Of a DNA stretch of 64,000 nucleotides, positions 47,926 through 56,716 are shown in pieces; position 1 is the stretch's first letter; each line of letters starts with the position of its first letter. Location: positions 2,144,001 through 2,208,000 of the forward strand of contig JBGANV010000001.1 of NCBI GenBank assembly GCA_044222185.1, read 5' to 3'. The notes under the pieces are model-generated. The model was not told where the DNA came from. It was given only the letters and a program-made list of their open reading frames with translations, and made no database searches. This DNA comes from Planctomycetota bacterium (lineage in GTDB: Bacteria > Planctomycetota > GCA-002687715 > CAIWVZ01). A program made the position numbers and the translations under genes.

Positions 47926-48537
47926 ATGCGCGTCGTCCACTGGGGGATCACCGAGTACGACGACGCGTTGCGCCGCCAGCACGAGTTGGTGGCGGCGCGC
48001 TTGCGGGGCGAGGTCCCGGATACGCTCGTCCTCACCGAGCACTCGCCCGTCATCACGCTCGGCCGAGGAACGAGGCGAACCAACGTGCTCGACCCGCGCT
48101 TCCCGGTGGTCGAGGTCGAGCGTGGCGGCGACGTGACGTTCCACGGGCCGGGTCAACTCGTCGGATACGTCGTCAGACTTCTCCCTCCCGGTCGACGAGA
48201 CCTCCACGCGTGGATGCGCGCCGTCGAGCAACTTTTGATCGACGCGCTGAGCCTCTTCGGAATCAGGGGCGAACGCATCGCCGGCAAGACCGGCGTCTGG
48301 GTCGGACCGAGCGATGCGACTGGGGCGCGGAAGATCGCGAGTCTCGGTATCGCAGCCCGCAACTGGTGCACGTTCCATGGCTTCGCCTTGAACGTGACGA
48401 CGAACCTGGCGGATTTCCGAGCGATCAACCCGTGCGGATTCGACGCATCCGTCATGACGTCGGTCGCACGCGAGCTGGGCCGCGACGTTCGAATGAGCGA
48501 GGTCGCAGTGGCGATCGAGCAGCTCGCCTCGCGTTGA
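47926..48537 (+). CDS. lipB: Octanoyltransferase
   Basis: EHSPVITLG, RGGDVTFHGPGQ, KIASLG, HGFALN and PCG. Confidence 0.95.
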   Translation: MRVVHWGITEYDDALRRQHELVAARLRGEVPDTLVLTEHSPVITLGRGTRRTNVLDPRFPVVEVERGGDVTFHGPGQLVGYVVRLLPPGRRDLHAWMRAVEQLLIDALSLFGIRGERIAGKTGVWVGPSDATGARKIASLGIAARNWCTFHGFALNVTTNLADFRAINPCGFDASVMTSVARELGRDVRMSEVAVAIEQLASR

Positions 48538-48610
48538 GCACGCGCGCCGACTCGCGTACGATCCGGCCCCGCCGCGCACACTCACTCTGCGGCGAAGGGA
48601 GCCATGCGGT

Positions 48611-49822
48611 ATGTCGCGCGGGATCTACACCGAAGAGAACCTCCACTGGCGGGCCAAGGCCCATGAAGTCGCAGAGAAGTTCGTCCGCCCGGTCGCACGC
48701 AAGTACGACCTGAGCCAGGAATACCCGTGGGAGATCCGCGACGCGCTGGCGAAGGCCGGCTTGATGTCCGTGTGGATCCCGAAGGAGTACGGCGGCGCGG
48801 GCGGCGGGGTCATGAACCTCTGCCTCGTCGTCGAGGAGCTGTCGCGTGCGTGCCCCGGCGTCGGCGTGCTCTTCGCCGTGAACGCGCTGGGCTCGTTCCC
48901 GATCATCCTGGCGGGCACCGAGGACCAGAAGAAGAAGTACCTGCCGAAGATCGCGACCGGTGAGACGCTCATCGCGTTCTGCCTCTCGGAGAAGACTGCC
49001 GGATCCGACGCTGGCAGCCTGAAGGTACGGGCCGTGCCGCAGGGATCGAGCTGGCGCATCCACGGCGAGAAGAAGTGGACGACGAACGGCGGTGCCGCGA
49101 ACCTCTACAGCGTGTTCGCCGTGACGGAGAAGGACCGCGGCTCGCGCGGCATGTCGGCGTTCCTCGTGGAGAAGGGCGATCCCGGGTTCACCATCGGGAA
49201 GGTCGAGGACAAGATGGGCATCCGCTGCGTGCCCGTCGTCGAGACCGTGTTCGATGGCGTCGAGGTCGGACCTGAGCGGCTCCTCGGCGGGAAGCCCGGG
49301 TTGGGGTTCAAGCACGCCATGCAGACGCTCGACCGCGCTCGCCCGGGCGTGGCGGCACAAGGCGTCGGATGTGCCCAGGGCGCGCTCGAACTCGCGACGC
49401 GATACACCATGCGCCGTCACCAGTTCGGCCAGTCGGTCTCCTCGTTCCAGATGGTCCAGCAGATGCTCGCCGACATGGCGATGCAGACCGAAGCCGCCCG
49501 CCAGCTCGTCTACGCCTCCGCACGCGTGATCGACGCCGGCGACGGCAATGGCACGAAGATCGCCGCCATGGCCAAGTGCTTCGCGACCGACGTCGCCATG
49601 AAGGTCACGACGGATGCCGTCCAGCTCTTCGGTGGCTACGGCTTCATGCGCGACTACCCCATCGAGAAGTACATGCGTGACGCCAAGATCACGCAGATCT
49701 ACGAAGGCACGAACCAGGTTCAGCGCCTCGTCGTCGCGCGCAACGTGCTGAACGAGGCGAACGAGCTGTCGTTCCTCGACACGTACATCCCGACCGAGGC
49801 ACAGAACATCTTCGACGGCTGA
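48611..49822 (+). CDS. Acyl-CoA dehydrogenase
   Basis: FCLSE..AGSD, KKWTTNG, KMGIR, QLFGGYG and IYEGTNQVQR. Confidence 0.95.
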   Translation: MSRGIYTEENLHWRAKAHEVAEKFVRPVARKYDLSQEYPWEIRDALAKAGLMSVWIPKEYGGAGGGVMNLCLVVEELSRACPGVGVLFAVNALGSFPIILAGTEDQKKKYLPKIATGETLIAFCLSEKTAGSDAGSLKVRAVPQGSSWRIHGEKKWTTNGGAANLYSVFAVTEKDRGSRGMSAFLVEKGDPGFTIGKVEDKMGIRCVPVVETVFDGVEVGPERLLGGKPGLGFKHAMQTLDRARPGVAAQGVGCAQGALELATRYTMRRHQFGQSVSSFQMVQQMLADMAMQTEAARQLVYASARVIDAGDGNGTKIAAMAKCFATDVAMKVTTDAVQLFGGYGFMRDYPIEKYMRDAKITQIYEGTNQVQRLVVARNVLNEANELSFLDTYIPTEAQNIFDG

Positions 49823-50105
49823 GCGGGTCGTCCTTGCGCGGGCCGTCGCCCGCGCCGACGCGCCGCACCACCGACCGAGGCACACGGCGCGATGGGCCTG
49901 CGGCGTCAGGCGACGCTGGCCCGGTATCCGCACCGACAGGCCGCTCCCGAAGCGCGGCGACGACGCCCGCGTCGCGCCACGCACCGGATCGATCCGATCG
50001 AGCCCGGTGCGAGCGTCGAGTTTCCGCGGCCTCGCGCTGAGGTGACGTCGGTCGGAGCGCCTCGCAGACTGGTGCCGGAGGTGGTGCCGAAGGCCAGTGC
50101 CGCCC

Positions 50106-51518
50106 TCAGAACTGGAAATACAGGAACGGGCTGTATTCCTGGAAGAGCATGTGCGCGACCGCCGCCATGAACGAGAGACTCAATGCGAACGCGATGATCG
50201 GCTCGCGGATGGTGCCGCGGATCTCGACCAACTTGTCCGATTGAATGCCGACGTAGACGAGCACGAGCGCGATCGTCGAGAGTCCGAGGTACAGCGGGTT
50301 GATGAGCATCACCTGGGAGAGGCCCGCATCCCAGCCCGACAAGCCGGCCATTCCCTTCAGCATGACGCCAGCCTTCCCGAACGTCTCGGCACGGAAAAAG
50401 ACCCAGCCGATCATCACGAGCACGAGGGTGAACGCCGTCTGCAGCGGGCCAGGCAGGAACGACCACGGCGCCTTCTTGCCGATGGCGCGCTCGATCGCAA
50501 GCCACAGCCCGTGGAATGCACCCCACGCGAGGAACGTCCATTGGGCCCCGTGCCACAGGCCGCCGAGGAGCATCGTGAGCGCCAGGTTCACGTAGGTGCG
50601 GACCGGCCCCTTCCGGTTGCCGCCGAGCGGCACGTAGAGGTAGTCACGAAGCCAGTTGCTCAACGAGATGTGCCAGCGGCGCCAGAACTCCGTGATGGAC
50701 TTGGACCGATAGGGCGACGCGAAATTGATGATGAACTCGAACCCGAACATCTTGCCGAGGCCGATGGCGATGTCGGAGTACCCGCTGAAGTCGAAGTAGA
50801 TCTGGAGCGTGTAGCCGATAATGCCGAGCCACGCGGCCGCAGCGCCTGGAGCGGCCTGCCCGAAGACTTCGTCGGCGAGGCGCGCGGCCGAATCGGCGAG
50901 GAGGATCTTCTTCGAGAAGCCACACATGACGAGAAGCACGCCGCGACCGAACTTCTCGATCGTGTGCGTTCTTTCGTCCAACTGCTTCGCGATGTCGTGG
51001 TAGCGGACGATCGGGCCAGCCACGAGGCGTGGGAAGAACGCGACGAAGCCACTCATCTCCAGGAGACTCTTCGCCGGCGTGGCCTCCCGACGGTAGATGT
51101 CGATGGAGTAACTCATCGTCTCGAACGTGTAGAACGAGATGCCGGCGGGCAGCGCGACACGCGCGAACTCGATGGCATGGCCGCCGAACACCCCGATGAG
51201 CGAGTTCGTCGTGTCCATCGCCAGGTTGAAGTACTTGAAGTACAGCAACAGGCCCATGTTCACGCAGATGGAGATGGCGAGCGCCACCTTGCGCTTTGAG
51301 CCTTCGCGAGTCGAGATGAACTTCCCGCACCAGTAGTCCATGATCGTGCTGATCACGAGGAGCGCCGCGAAGTCGACGCGCGCCCAGCCGTAAAAGACGA
51401 GCGTCATCCCCGTGAGCCACACCGTGCGGGCGGTGCGGCTGACGGAGTTCAGCACGTAATAGACCGCGAGCACGACGGGCAAGAACAGGAACAGGAAGTG
51501 GTAGGTCGTGAAAACCAT
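50106..51518 (-). CDS. MBOAT O-acyltransferase (AlgI/PatA-like)
   Basis: MVFTT..FLFLFLP, GISFYTF, YFDFSGYSD, FWRRWHISL and GLWHGA. Confidence 0.93.
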   Translation of the reverse strand: MVFTTYHFLFLFLPVVLAVYYVLNSVSRTARTVWLTGMTLVFYGWARVDFAALLVISTIMDYWCGKFISTREGSKRKVALAISICVNMGLLLYFKYFNLAMDTTNSLIGVFGGHAIEFARVALPAGISFYTFETMSYSIDIYRREATPAKSLLEMSGFVAFFPRLVAGPIVRYHDIAKQLDERTHTIEKFGRGVLLVMCGFSKKILLADSAARLADEVFGQAAPGAAAAWLGIIGYTLQIYFDFSGYSDIAIGLGKMFGFEFIINFASPYRSKSITEFWRRWHISLSNWLRDYLYVPLGGNRKGPVRTYVNLALTMLLGGLWHGAQWTFLAWGAFHGLWLAIERAIGKKAPWSFLPGPLQTAFTLVLVMIGWVFFRAETFGKAGVMLKGMAGLSGWDAGLSQVMLINPLYLGLSTIALVLVYVGIQSDKLVEIRGTIREPIIAFALSLSFMAAVAHMLFQEYSPFLYFQF

Positions 51519-51738
51519 GCGGCGTGCCGGACGTTCCCGTGGCGAACCCACGCGTGCACGGGCGCTGCGAGCGCTGGCCCCGGGAATGAGCCGGGATCCT
51601 ACTGACGACCGTGCCGGCTTGACAGGCCGAGGCGACGGCCGCGCCGGCCCGGGCGAACGGACCGCGCGTCCCCGGATCCCTCCGGGGCATTATCGGCCGG
51701 GAGGAAGCTCGAACCGCAGCGTCGCGCGATCCCCCGCG

Positions 51739-52752
51739 TCACGGCCCGGTGAACCAGGGCGGCCACTCGTCGTAGTGGGGCCGATTGAGGTCGAACCAAG
51801 CCACGAGGGCGCGCCAGCGGCCCCAGCGCGCGTAGTAACGCTGGAGGCCCTTCATCGTCGCGGCCCGTCCCGGAACGCGATTCGTCCGAGCCTGGGCGAT
51901 GGCCCAGGAGTCGATCACCGGGTCGGCCTCCCGTGCCATGACGTGAAGCATGGACCGCACGGCGTAAGGCCCGAAACCGTACCAGCCGCGAATCGCATCG
52001 CGCAGCACGGCCGTCTCCGTCGCGTCGATGTCCCGCAGCTCCCCGGCGATGGCCCGCTCCGCCAGTTCGATCGCGCCTCGGGCCCGATAGCCGACGCGGA
52101 TGTCGTCCACGAGGACGCGAATCCCCGCGTCGCGCACGGCCTCCGGCGTCGGAAATGCGCGCTCGCCCGTGACGCGCTCCACCTCGCCCAACGTCTCGAC
52201 GAGACGTCCGACCATGCCGATGGTCTGCGTCCAGGTGCAATTCGTCGTGAGGAGCGTCTTCAGCGCGTCTTCGAAGAAAGTCGGTGCGCGAAGGACGCGC
52301 CCGAGACGGCGATCGGCGATCCAGGTGAGCTCCGGCGCCTCTCGGCAAAGCGCGTGGAACGGCGCGATCTCGACGTCGAGTGCGAGCATCCGGCGGACAC
52401 GTGCCTCGATGCATGCGCGCGCAGCGCGTGACAACCGGCGCGATGGACGACAGAGCAGATGGCCCCGCTCGGCCTCCCGAATCGTGACCGCAACCGGAGA
52501 GGCGTCGTCGTCAGGGACGACGCAACCGAGAGCGCGGTGCGCGTCGTCGTAGCGGAACGGCGGAAGCTGGTACCAGCCGTGAGAGGCCACCACCGCGAGG
52601 AGGGAGAAGTCCTCCGGTACATCAACGAAAAACGCCGCGGGGGCGCCGCGGCGTGTTCCGGATCGGACCTTCCGGAGATCAGAAGTCGTCGTCGGATTCG
52701 AAGAGATCTTGCGCGTCGTCCTCGGGGACCTCGGCTTCCGCTTCGTCATCAT
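51739..52752 (-). CDS. HhH-GPD family DNA glycosylase (AlkA/Ogg-like); start uncertain
   Basis: SHGWYQLPPF, FEDALKTLLTTNCTW, AFPTPE, GYRA, GFGPYA and IDSW. Confidence 0.78.
   Translation of the reverse strand: MMTKRKPRSPRTTRKISSNPTTTSDLRKVRSGTRRGAPAAFFVDVPEDFSLLAVVASHGWYQLPPFRYDDAHRALGCVVPDDDASPVAVTIREAERGHLLCRPSRRLSRAARACIEARVRRMLALDVEIAPFHALCREAPELTWIADRRLGRVLRAPTFFEDALKTLLTTNCTWTQTIGMVGRLVETLGEVERVTGERAFPTPEAVRDAGIRVLVDDIRVGYRARGAIELAERAIAGELRDIDATETAVLRDAIRGWYGFGPYAVRSMLHVMAREADPVIDSWAIAQARTNRVPGRAATMKGLQRYYARWGRWRALVAWFDLNRPHYDEWPPWFTGP
52628..52654 (-). terminator. Putative intrinsic terminator after the histone-like gene
   Basis: Minus strand ACGCCGCGG-cgccc-CCGCGGCGT followed by TTTT, about 25 nt after the stop at 52679. 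Confidence 0.55.
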
Positions 52753-53398
52753 CGTCCTCGTCGGCGCGGGCCGGCTCTTCGTGCGGTGCGGTGAACGCGT
52801 TGTCTTCCTCGAAGTCAGCGCCGCCGCCGATGCGATCCTCTTCCTCTTCGACGACCATGGGCTTGGGCTTGCGCGGTGCCGGCGAGGTCGTCGCGCCCGC
52901 AGCTGCCGCCTTCTTCCGCCCCTTCTTCGGCTCGCTACTGGCAGACTCCGACCCGGCGGCTTCTGCAGCGGCCGCGACGGCGACGAGCGGTGCCGCGGCT
53001 GGCGCCGCAGCGGGCGCTGCGGCCGGCGCGGCCTTGACGGCGACCTGCTTGGCGGGAGCAGGCTTGGCGGGAGCAGGCTTCACCGCTGCGGGTTTGGCGG
53101 GTGCGGCCTTCACCGGTGCAGGCTTCGCAGCCATGGGCTTCGCGGGCATCGGCTTCACCGCAGCGGGCTTGGCGGCCTTCATGGCCTTGGCAGGTGCGGC
53201 CTTCTTCGGGGCGGCCTTCATCGCCGGCTTGGCTGCGGGCTTGGCCTTCTTCGCAGGCGCGGCCTTCGCGACCTTCTTGGCCTTGGCCGGAGCGGCCATC
53301 TTCTTCTTCGCAGACTTGGGCGCTGACTTCGCCGCCTTGACCTTTGCCGCGGGTTTGGCTTTGGCCTTCGCCTTGCCCGCCTTCTTTGCGCTCGCCAT
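52679..53398 (-). CDS. Histone H1-like Lys/Ala/Pro-rich protein with acidic C-terminal tail
   Basis: PAKK/PAAK repeats, GGAG RBS, strong codon bias, and a tail with EEEED...EDDDDEAEAE. Confidence 0.82.
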   Translation of the reverse strand: MASAKKAGKAKAKAKPAAKVKAAKSAPKSAKKKMAAPAKAKKVAKAAPAKKAKPAAKPAMKAAPKKAAPAKAMKAAKPAAVKPMPAKPMAAKPAPVKAAPAKPAAVKPAPAKPAPAKQVAVKAAPAAAPAAAPAAAPLVAVAAAAEAAGSESASSEPKKGRKKAAAAGATTSPAPRKPKPMVVEEEEDRIGGGADFEEDNAFTAPHEEPARADEDDDDEAEAEVPEDDAQDLFESDDDF

Positions 53399-53508
53399 GG
53401 ATGCTCTCCTCTTGGGTCCGATGCGTTGACGGCGCAGAGCGTACGACGTTTCGCAAGGTCGTCAACGAACTTTCACCGGCTGAAAAGCCGGGTTTTCCGC
53501 GCGTTGCG

Positions 53509-53934
53509 TCACAGCTCCAGAAAGTCGGAGAACGCGTCGCGCAGGTCCCTCGGGATCGGCAACTTCGTGAACCGATCCATGTCGACGCACACGACCGTCG
53601 TCCGGGCCTCGGCACGGGGCTCATCCTCCCCGACTGCGCGGACCTGGTAGCGAAGCGACAGACTCGTCGTCCCGACCGCCCGCACGCTGAGGCCGATCGA
53701 AAGTCGAAGGCCGTAGGGCATCGGATCGTGGTAGTCGGCCTCGGTGTGGACGGTCGGGAAGCCGAGTTTCCTTTCGCTCAGCACCTTGGCGTAGGGCATC
53801 CCGACGACCGAGTCGAAGAACCCCTCCATCACCACGTGGCAGTAATGGAACAGCCTCGGGTAGTAGAGGATGCGCGCGTAGTCGACGTCGCCGAAGGAAA
53901 CCTGGATCTCATGGACGTAGATGCGGCCGGGCAT
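53509..53934 (-). CDS. Acyl-CoA thioesterase (4HBT/YbgC hot-dog family)
   Basis: VSFGDVDYARILYYPR motif; 141 aa. Confidence 0.88.
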   Translation of the reverse strand: MPGRIYVHEIQVSFGDVDYARILYYPRLFHYCHVVMEGFFDSVVGMPYAKVLSERKLGFPTVHTEADYHDPMPYGLRLSIGLSVRAVGTTSLSLRYQVRAVGEDEPRAEARTTVVCVDMDRFTKLPIPRDLRDAFSDFLEL

Positions 53935-54020
53935 GTGGGCACCCTACTGGCGCAAGCGAGCCCTGGGAAGCCAGCCGTGCGCGACGCTCAATTCCTCGTG
54001 GACCGCCCGCACCCCGGGAC

Positions 54021-54581
54021 CTACTTGAGCAGCCCCTGGACCTGCCGGAAGGCGTCCGACCCCGCGGCCTCGAGCCACTCGAACAGCACGGATTCAGCGC
54101 AGGTCACCTGAACTCCGGCCCGTGCGAGCCTGGCGAGCGCCGCCGCCCGGTTCATGGGGCTGCGCGAGGACACCGCGTCGGCCACCACGTGGACGCTGAA
54201 CCCGCGGGCCTGGAAGTCGAGCGCCGTCTGGAGGACGCAGATGTGGGCCTCGATCCCTGCGATCACCAACGTGTCGCGGTCGAAGCGGCGAACGGCCTCG
54301 ACGATGGCGGGATCGCCGCCGCAGGAGAACGCCGTCTTTTCGAGCACCGTCGCGCTCCTCGCAGCATCGCGAATCGGCGCGATCGTCATCCCAAGTCCTT
54401 TGGGGTACTGCTCCGAGACGAGGACCGGCACGTCGAGGATCCGCGCACCTCCCAGGAGTCGGAGGACGTTCGCCTGCACGGCCTCCCGTTCGTGGATCAC
54501 GGGAAAGAGTCGCTCCTGCATGTCGATCACGACGAGTAAGCTCTGCGCGCGCCGCGCCAGCGCCGGATGTCTCGAGTCCAT
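54021..54581 (-). CDS. Isochorismatase-family cysteine hydrolase
   Basis: VIDMQERL, SEQYPKGLG, K..FSC and GIEAHICV. Confidence 0.9.
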   Translation of the reverse strand: MDSRHPALARRAQSLLVVIDMQERLFPVIHEREAVQANVLRLLGGARILDVPVLVSEQYPKGLGMTIAPIRDAARSATVLEKTAFSCGGDPAIVEAVRRFDRDTLVIAGIEAHICVLQTALDFQARGFSVHVVADAVSSRSPMNRAAALARLARAGVQVTCAESVLFEWLEAAGSDAFRQVQGLLK

Positions 54582-54610
54582 GGCGTGCATCCTACGAGCC
54601 CAAACGACCC

Positions 54611-55564
54611 ATGGCGATCCTCAAGAACGAGCTCTCGTGGTCACGCACGCGCGCGACCACGTTCAACGAATGTCGTCGGCGCTACTTCTTCCAGTACTAC
54701 CTCAAGTGGAACGGCTGGGACTCGGACGCTCCTGCGGAACGACGCATCGCGTATCGCCTCTCCCAGATGACCTGCCTGCCCCTGCTGGCCGGGCTCGCAG
54801 CTCACGAGGCGATCCGGCTGCTCCTGGAAACGGTCCGCGGCCGCGCGACCCTGGAGGGGCCGCCCGAAGAGTACGCCGCGAACTACATGCGCAGGGTCTG
54901 GACGGACGCGCGAGCCCAGCGCTGGCTCACCCGGCCCAAGCAGTACCCGCCCGTCTTCGAGCTCTACTACCAGGATGGCGTCGCCCGGGAGGAACTGGTG
55001 CGGTTCGGCGAGATTTCGCGCCGCGCCGTCCGCAACTTCGCCGCCTCGCCGCTCTTTGCCGAGTTGCGCGAGAGCGACACGAAGGCCTGGCTCGCGGTCG
55101 ACGACCCCATCGACTTCAACTCGCCGGACGTGTTCACGATCGACGGCTGCCGCGTCTGGGCGAGGCCGGATTTCGCGCGCCAGGCCGGGGACCGCTGCGT
55201 GATCTTCGACTGGAAGACCGGCTCGCAGAAACCGGAAGACCGTACCCAGATCCTCTCCTACGCGCTCCACGCCCGTGATCGCTGGAAGTTCCCTGCCGAC
55301 CGGATCGACGCGGTCGCGGTCTACCTGGGCGACGGCGTCGAGCAGGTGCGCTTCGACGTCGACGACGAAGCTCTCGCCGAGGTCACGGACCTCATCCGAT
55401 CCGATCTCGGGCACCTCAAGACACTCGAGGCCCGAAGCAACGATGAGACGGCGTTCCCCACGGTCGACGATCCCCGGGCCTGCGCGCAGTGCTTCTTCCA
55501 GGAGATCTGCCCGGCCGTCAAGGCTGTGCCCATGCACCTCCGAGGGTCGACGACATCCTCATAG
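54611..55564 (+). CDS. PD-(D/E)XK nuclease with 4-Cys Fe-S staple (AddB/Cas4-like superfamily)
   Basis: SWS...ECRRRY, RPD...IFDWKTG, QxxxY and CAQC-x5-C. Confidence 0.85.
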   Translation: MAILKNELSWSRTRATTFNECRRRYFFQYYLKWNGWDSDAPAERRIAYRLSQMTCLPLLAGLAAHEAIRLLLETVRGRATLEGPPEEYAANYMRRVWTDARAQRWLTRPKQYPPVFELYYQDGVAREELVRFGEISRRAVRNFAASPLFAELRESDTKAWLAVDDPIDFNSPDVFTIDGCRVWARPDFARQAGDRCVIFDWKTGSQKPEDRTQILSYALHARDRWKFPADRIDAVAVYLGDGVEQVRFDVDDEALAEVTDLIRSDLGHLKTLEARSNDETAFPTVDDPRACAQCFFQEICPAVKAVPMHLRGSTTSS

Positions 55565-55617
55565 ACGTTGGCTCGCCCTACGGCCGACGTCACAATCGCC
55601 CGCCGAGGATTCATGCC

Positions 55618-55914
55618 GTGAAACTGAAGGACTTCGTCACACCTGAGAACATCACCCTGAACGTGAAGGGCCGCGAGCACCTCGCGGTCTGGGAGTCGGA
55701 ACTCTCCGAGGACGACCTGGCGAAGCTTCGCGACCCGGCCTACATCGCGAAGATCCAGCACGAGCACAAGGAGATCCAGGCCTATCACCTGGCCCGGTAC
55801 GCCAACGCGAAGTACGAACCGGCAGCGCTGGCGAAGCGGATGAAGGTCCCCGAGTCGCACATCTGGGCGTTCTGGGCCCTCCATGGCTCCCGGGGCACCG
55901 GGCTCTATTCCTGA
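55618..55914 (+). CDS. Small hypothetical protein (98 aa)
   Basis: GAGGA RBS before GTG. Strong GC3 codon bias: MKLKDFVTPENITLNVKG... Confidence 0.72.
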   Translation: MKLKDFVTPENITLNVKGREHLAVWESELSEDDLAKLRDPAYIAKIQHEHKEIQAYHLARYANAKYEPAALAKRMKVPESHIWAFWALHGSRGTGLYS

Positions 55915-55942
55915 ATCGGCGCCGCGTCGACCGCGCGCGGCT

Positions 55943-56629
55943 TCAGGGTTTTTGTTGCGGCTGCGAACGGCGCGCCAGTGACGGGTGCCGGATGATCTGG
56001 CCATCGACGGTGTAGACCACGTCCTCGGCGATGTTCGTGGCCAGGTCGGCGCAGCGCTCGAGGTTCTTCAAGACGGCGACCATGTCCAGTCCGGCGGACA
56101 CGTCCTGCGGGCTCGCCTGGATGTGCTTCTCGATCCGCTCGCACGCGCTCCGATAGAGCGCATCGACCTCGGCATCCGACCGACACACCTCCAACGCCCG
56201 CTCCTTGTCCATGGCGATGAGGGCGTCGAGGGACTTCTGCACCATGGCGACCGCGCGCTCACCGACCTCGTGGAGTCCTACGCGAATCCCCGGGCTCGAC
56301 CGGTTCAGGAGGCGCACGGCACGCTCGGCGATGTTCACCGCCTGATCGGCGATGCGCTCCAGATCGTTGTTGATCTTGAGCACGGCGGTCACGAAGCGGA
56401 GATCGAGCGCCACGGGCTGATGAAGAGCGAGTGCCTTCAGGCACTCCTCCTCGGTTTCGACCTCGTAGGCGTCGATCGTGGCGTCGCGCGCGATGACCCA
56501 CTTCGCCGCGTCACCATCTCCGTTTTCGACGGATCGGACGGCTTCCCGAAGCATCTCCTCCACCATGTCTCCGGTGGCGAGGATCCGCTGCTTCAACGCC
56601 GCCATCTCACGCTCGAAGTGTCGACTCAT
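55943..56629 (-). CDS. phoU: Phosphate signalling protein PhoU
   Basis: HQPVALDLR, DLERIAD and LERCADLATNIAE repeats. Confidence 0.96.
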   Translation of the reverse strand: MSRHFEREMAALKQRILATGDMVEEMLREAVRSVENGDGDAAKWVIARDATIDAYEVETEEECLKALALHQPVALDLRFVTAVLKINNDLERIADQAVNIAERAVRLLNRSSPGIRVGLHEVGERAVAMVQKSLDALIAMDKERALEVCRSDAEVDALYRSACERIEKHIQASPQDVSAGLDMVAVLKNLERCADLATNIAEDVVYTVDGQIIRHPSLARRSQPQQKP

Positions 56630-56716
56630 CGGGCCCTCGGTCTGGTCGAATCGGGAAGAGCCATGCCGCTCGCGACGTACGGCCTGTCGCTCCTCGATCC
56701 CGTCGATGGGATCGGA

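Noticed and set aside
54611-55564. cas4 of a CRISPR-Cas system
   Set aside because: There is no cas1/cas2 or array; it is longer than typical Cas4 and carries only superfamily-level motifs.
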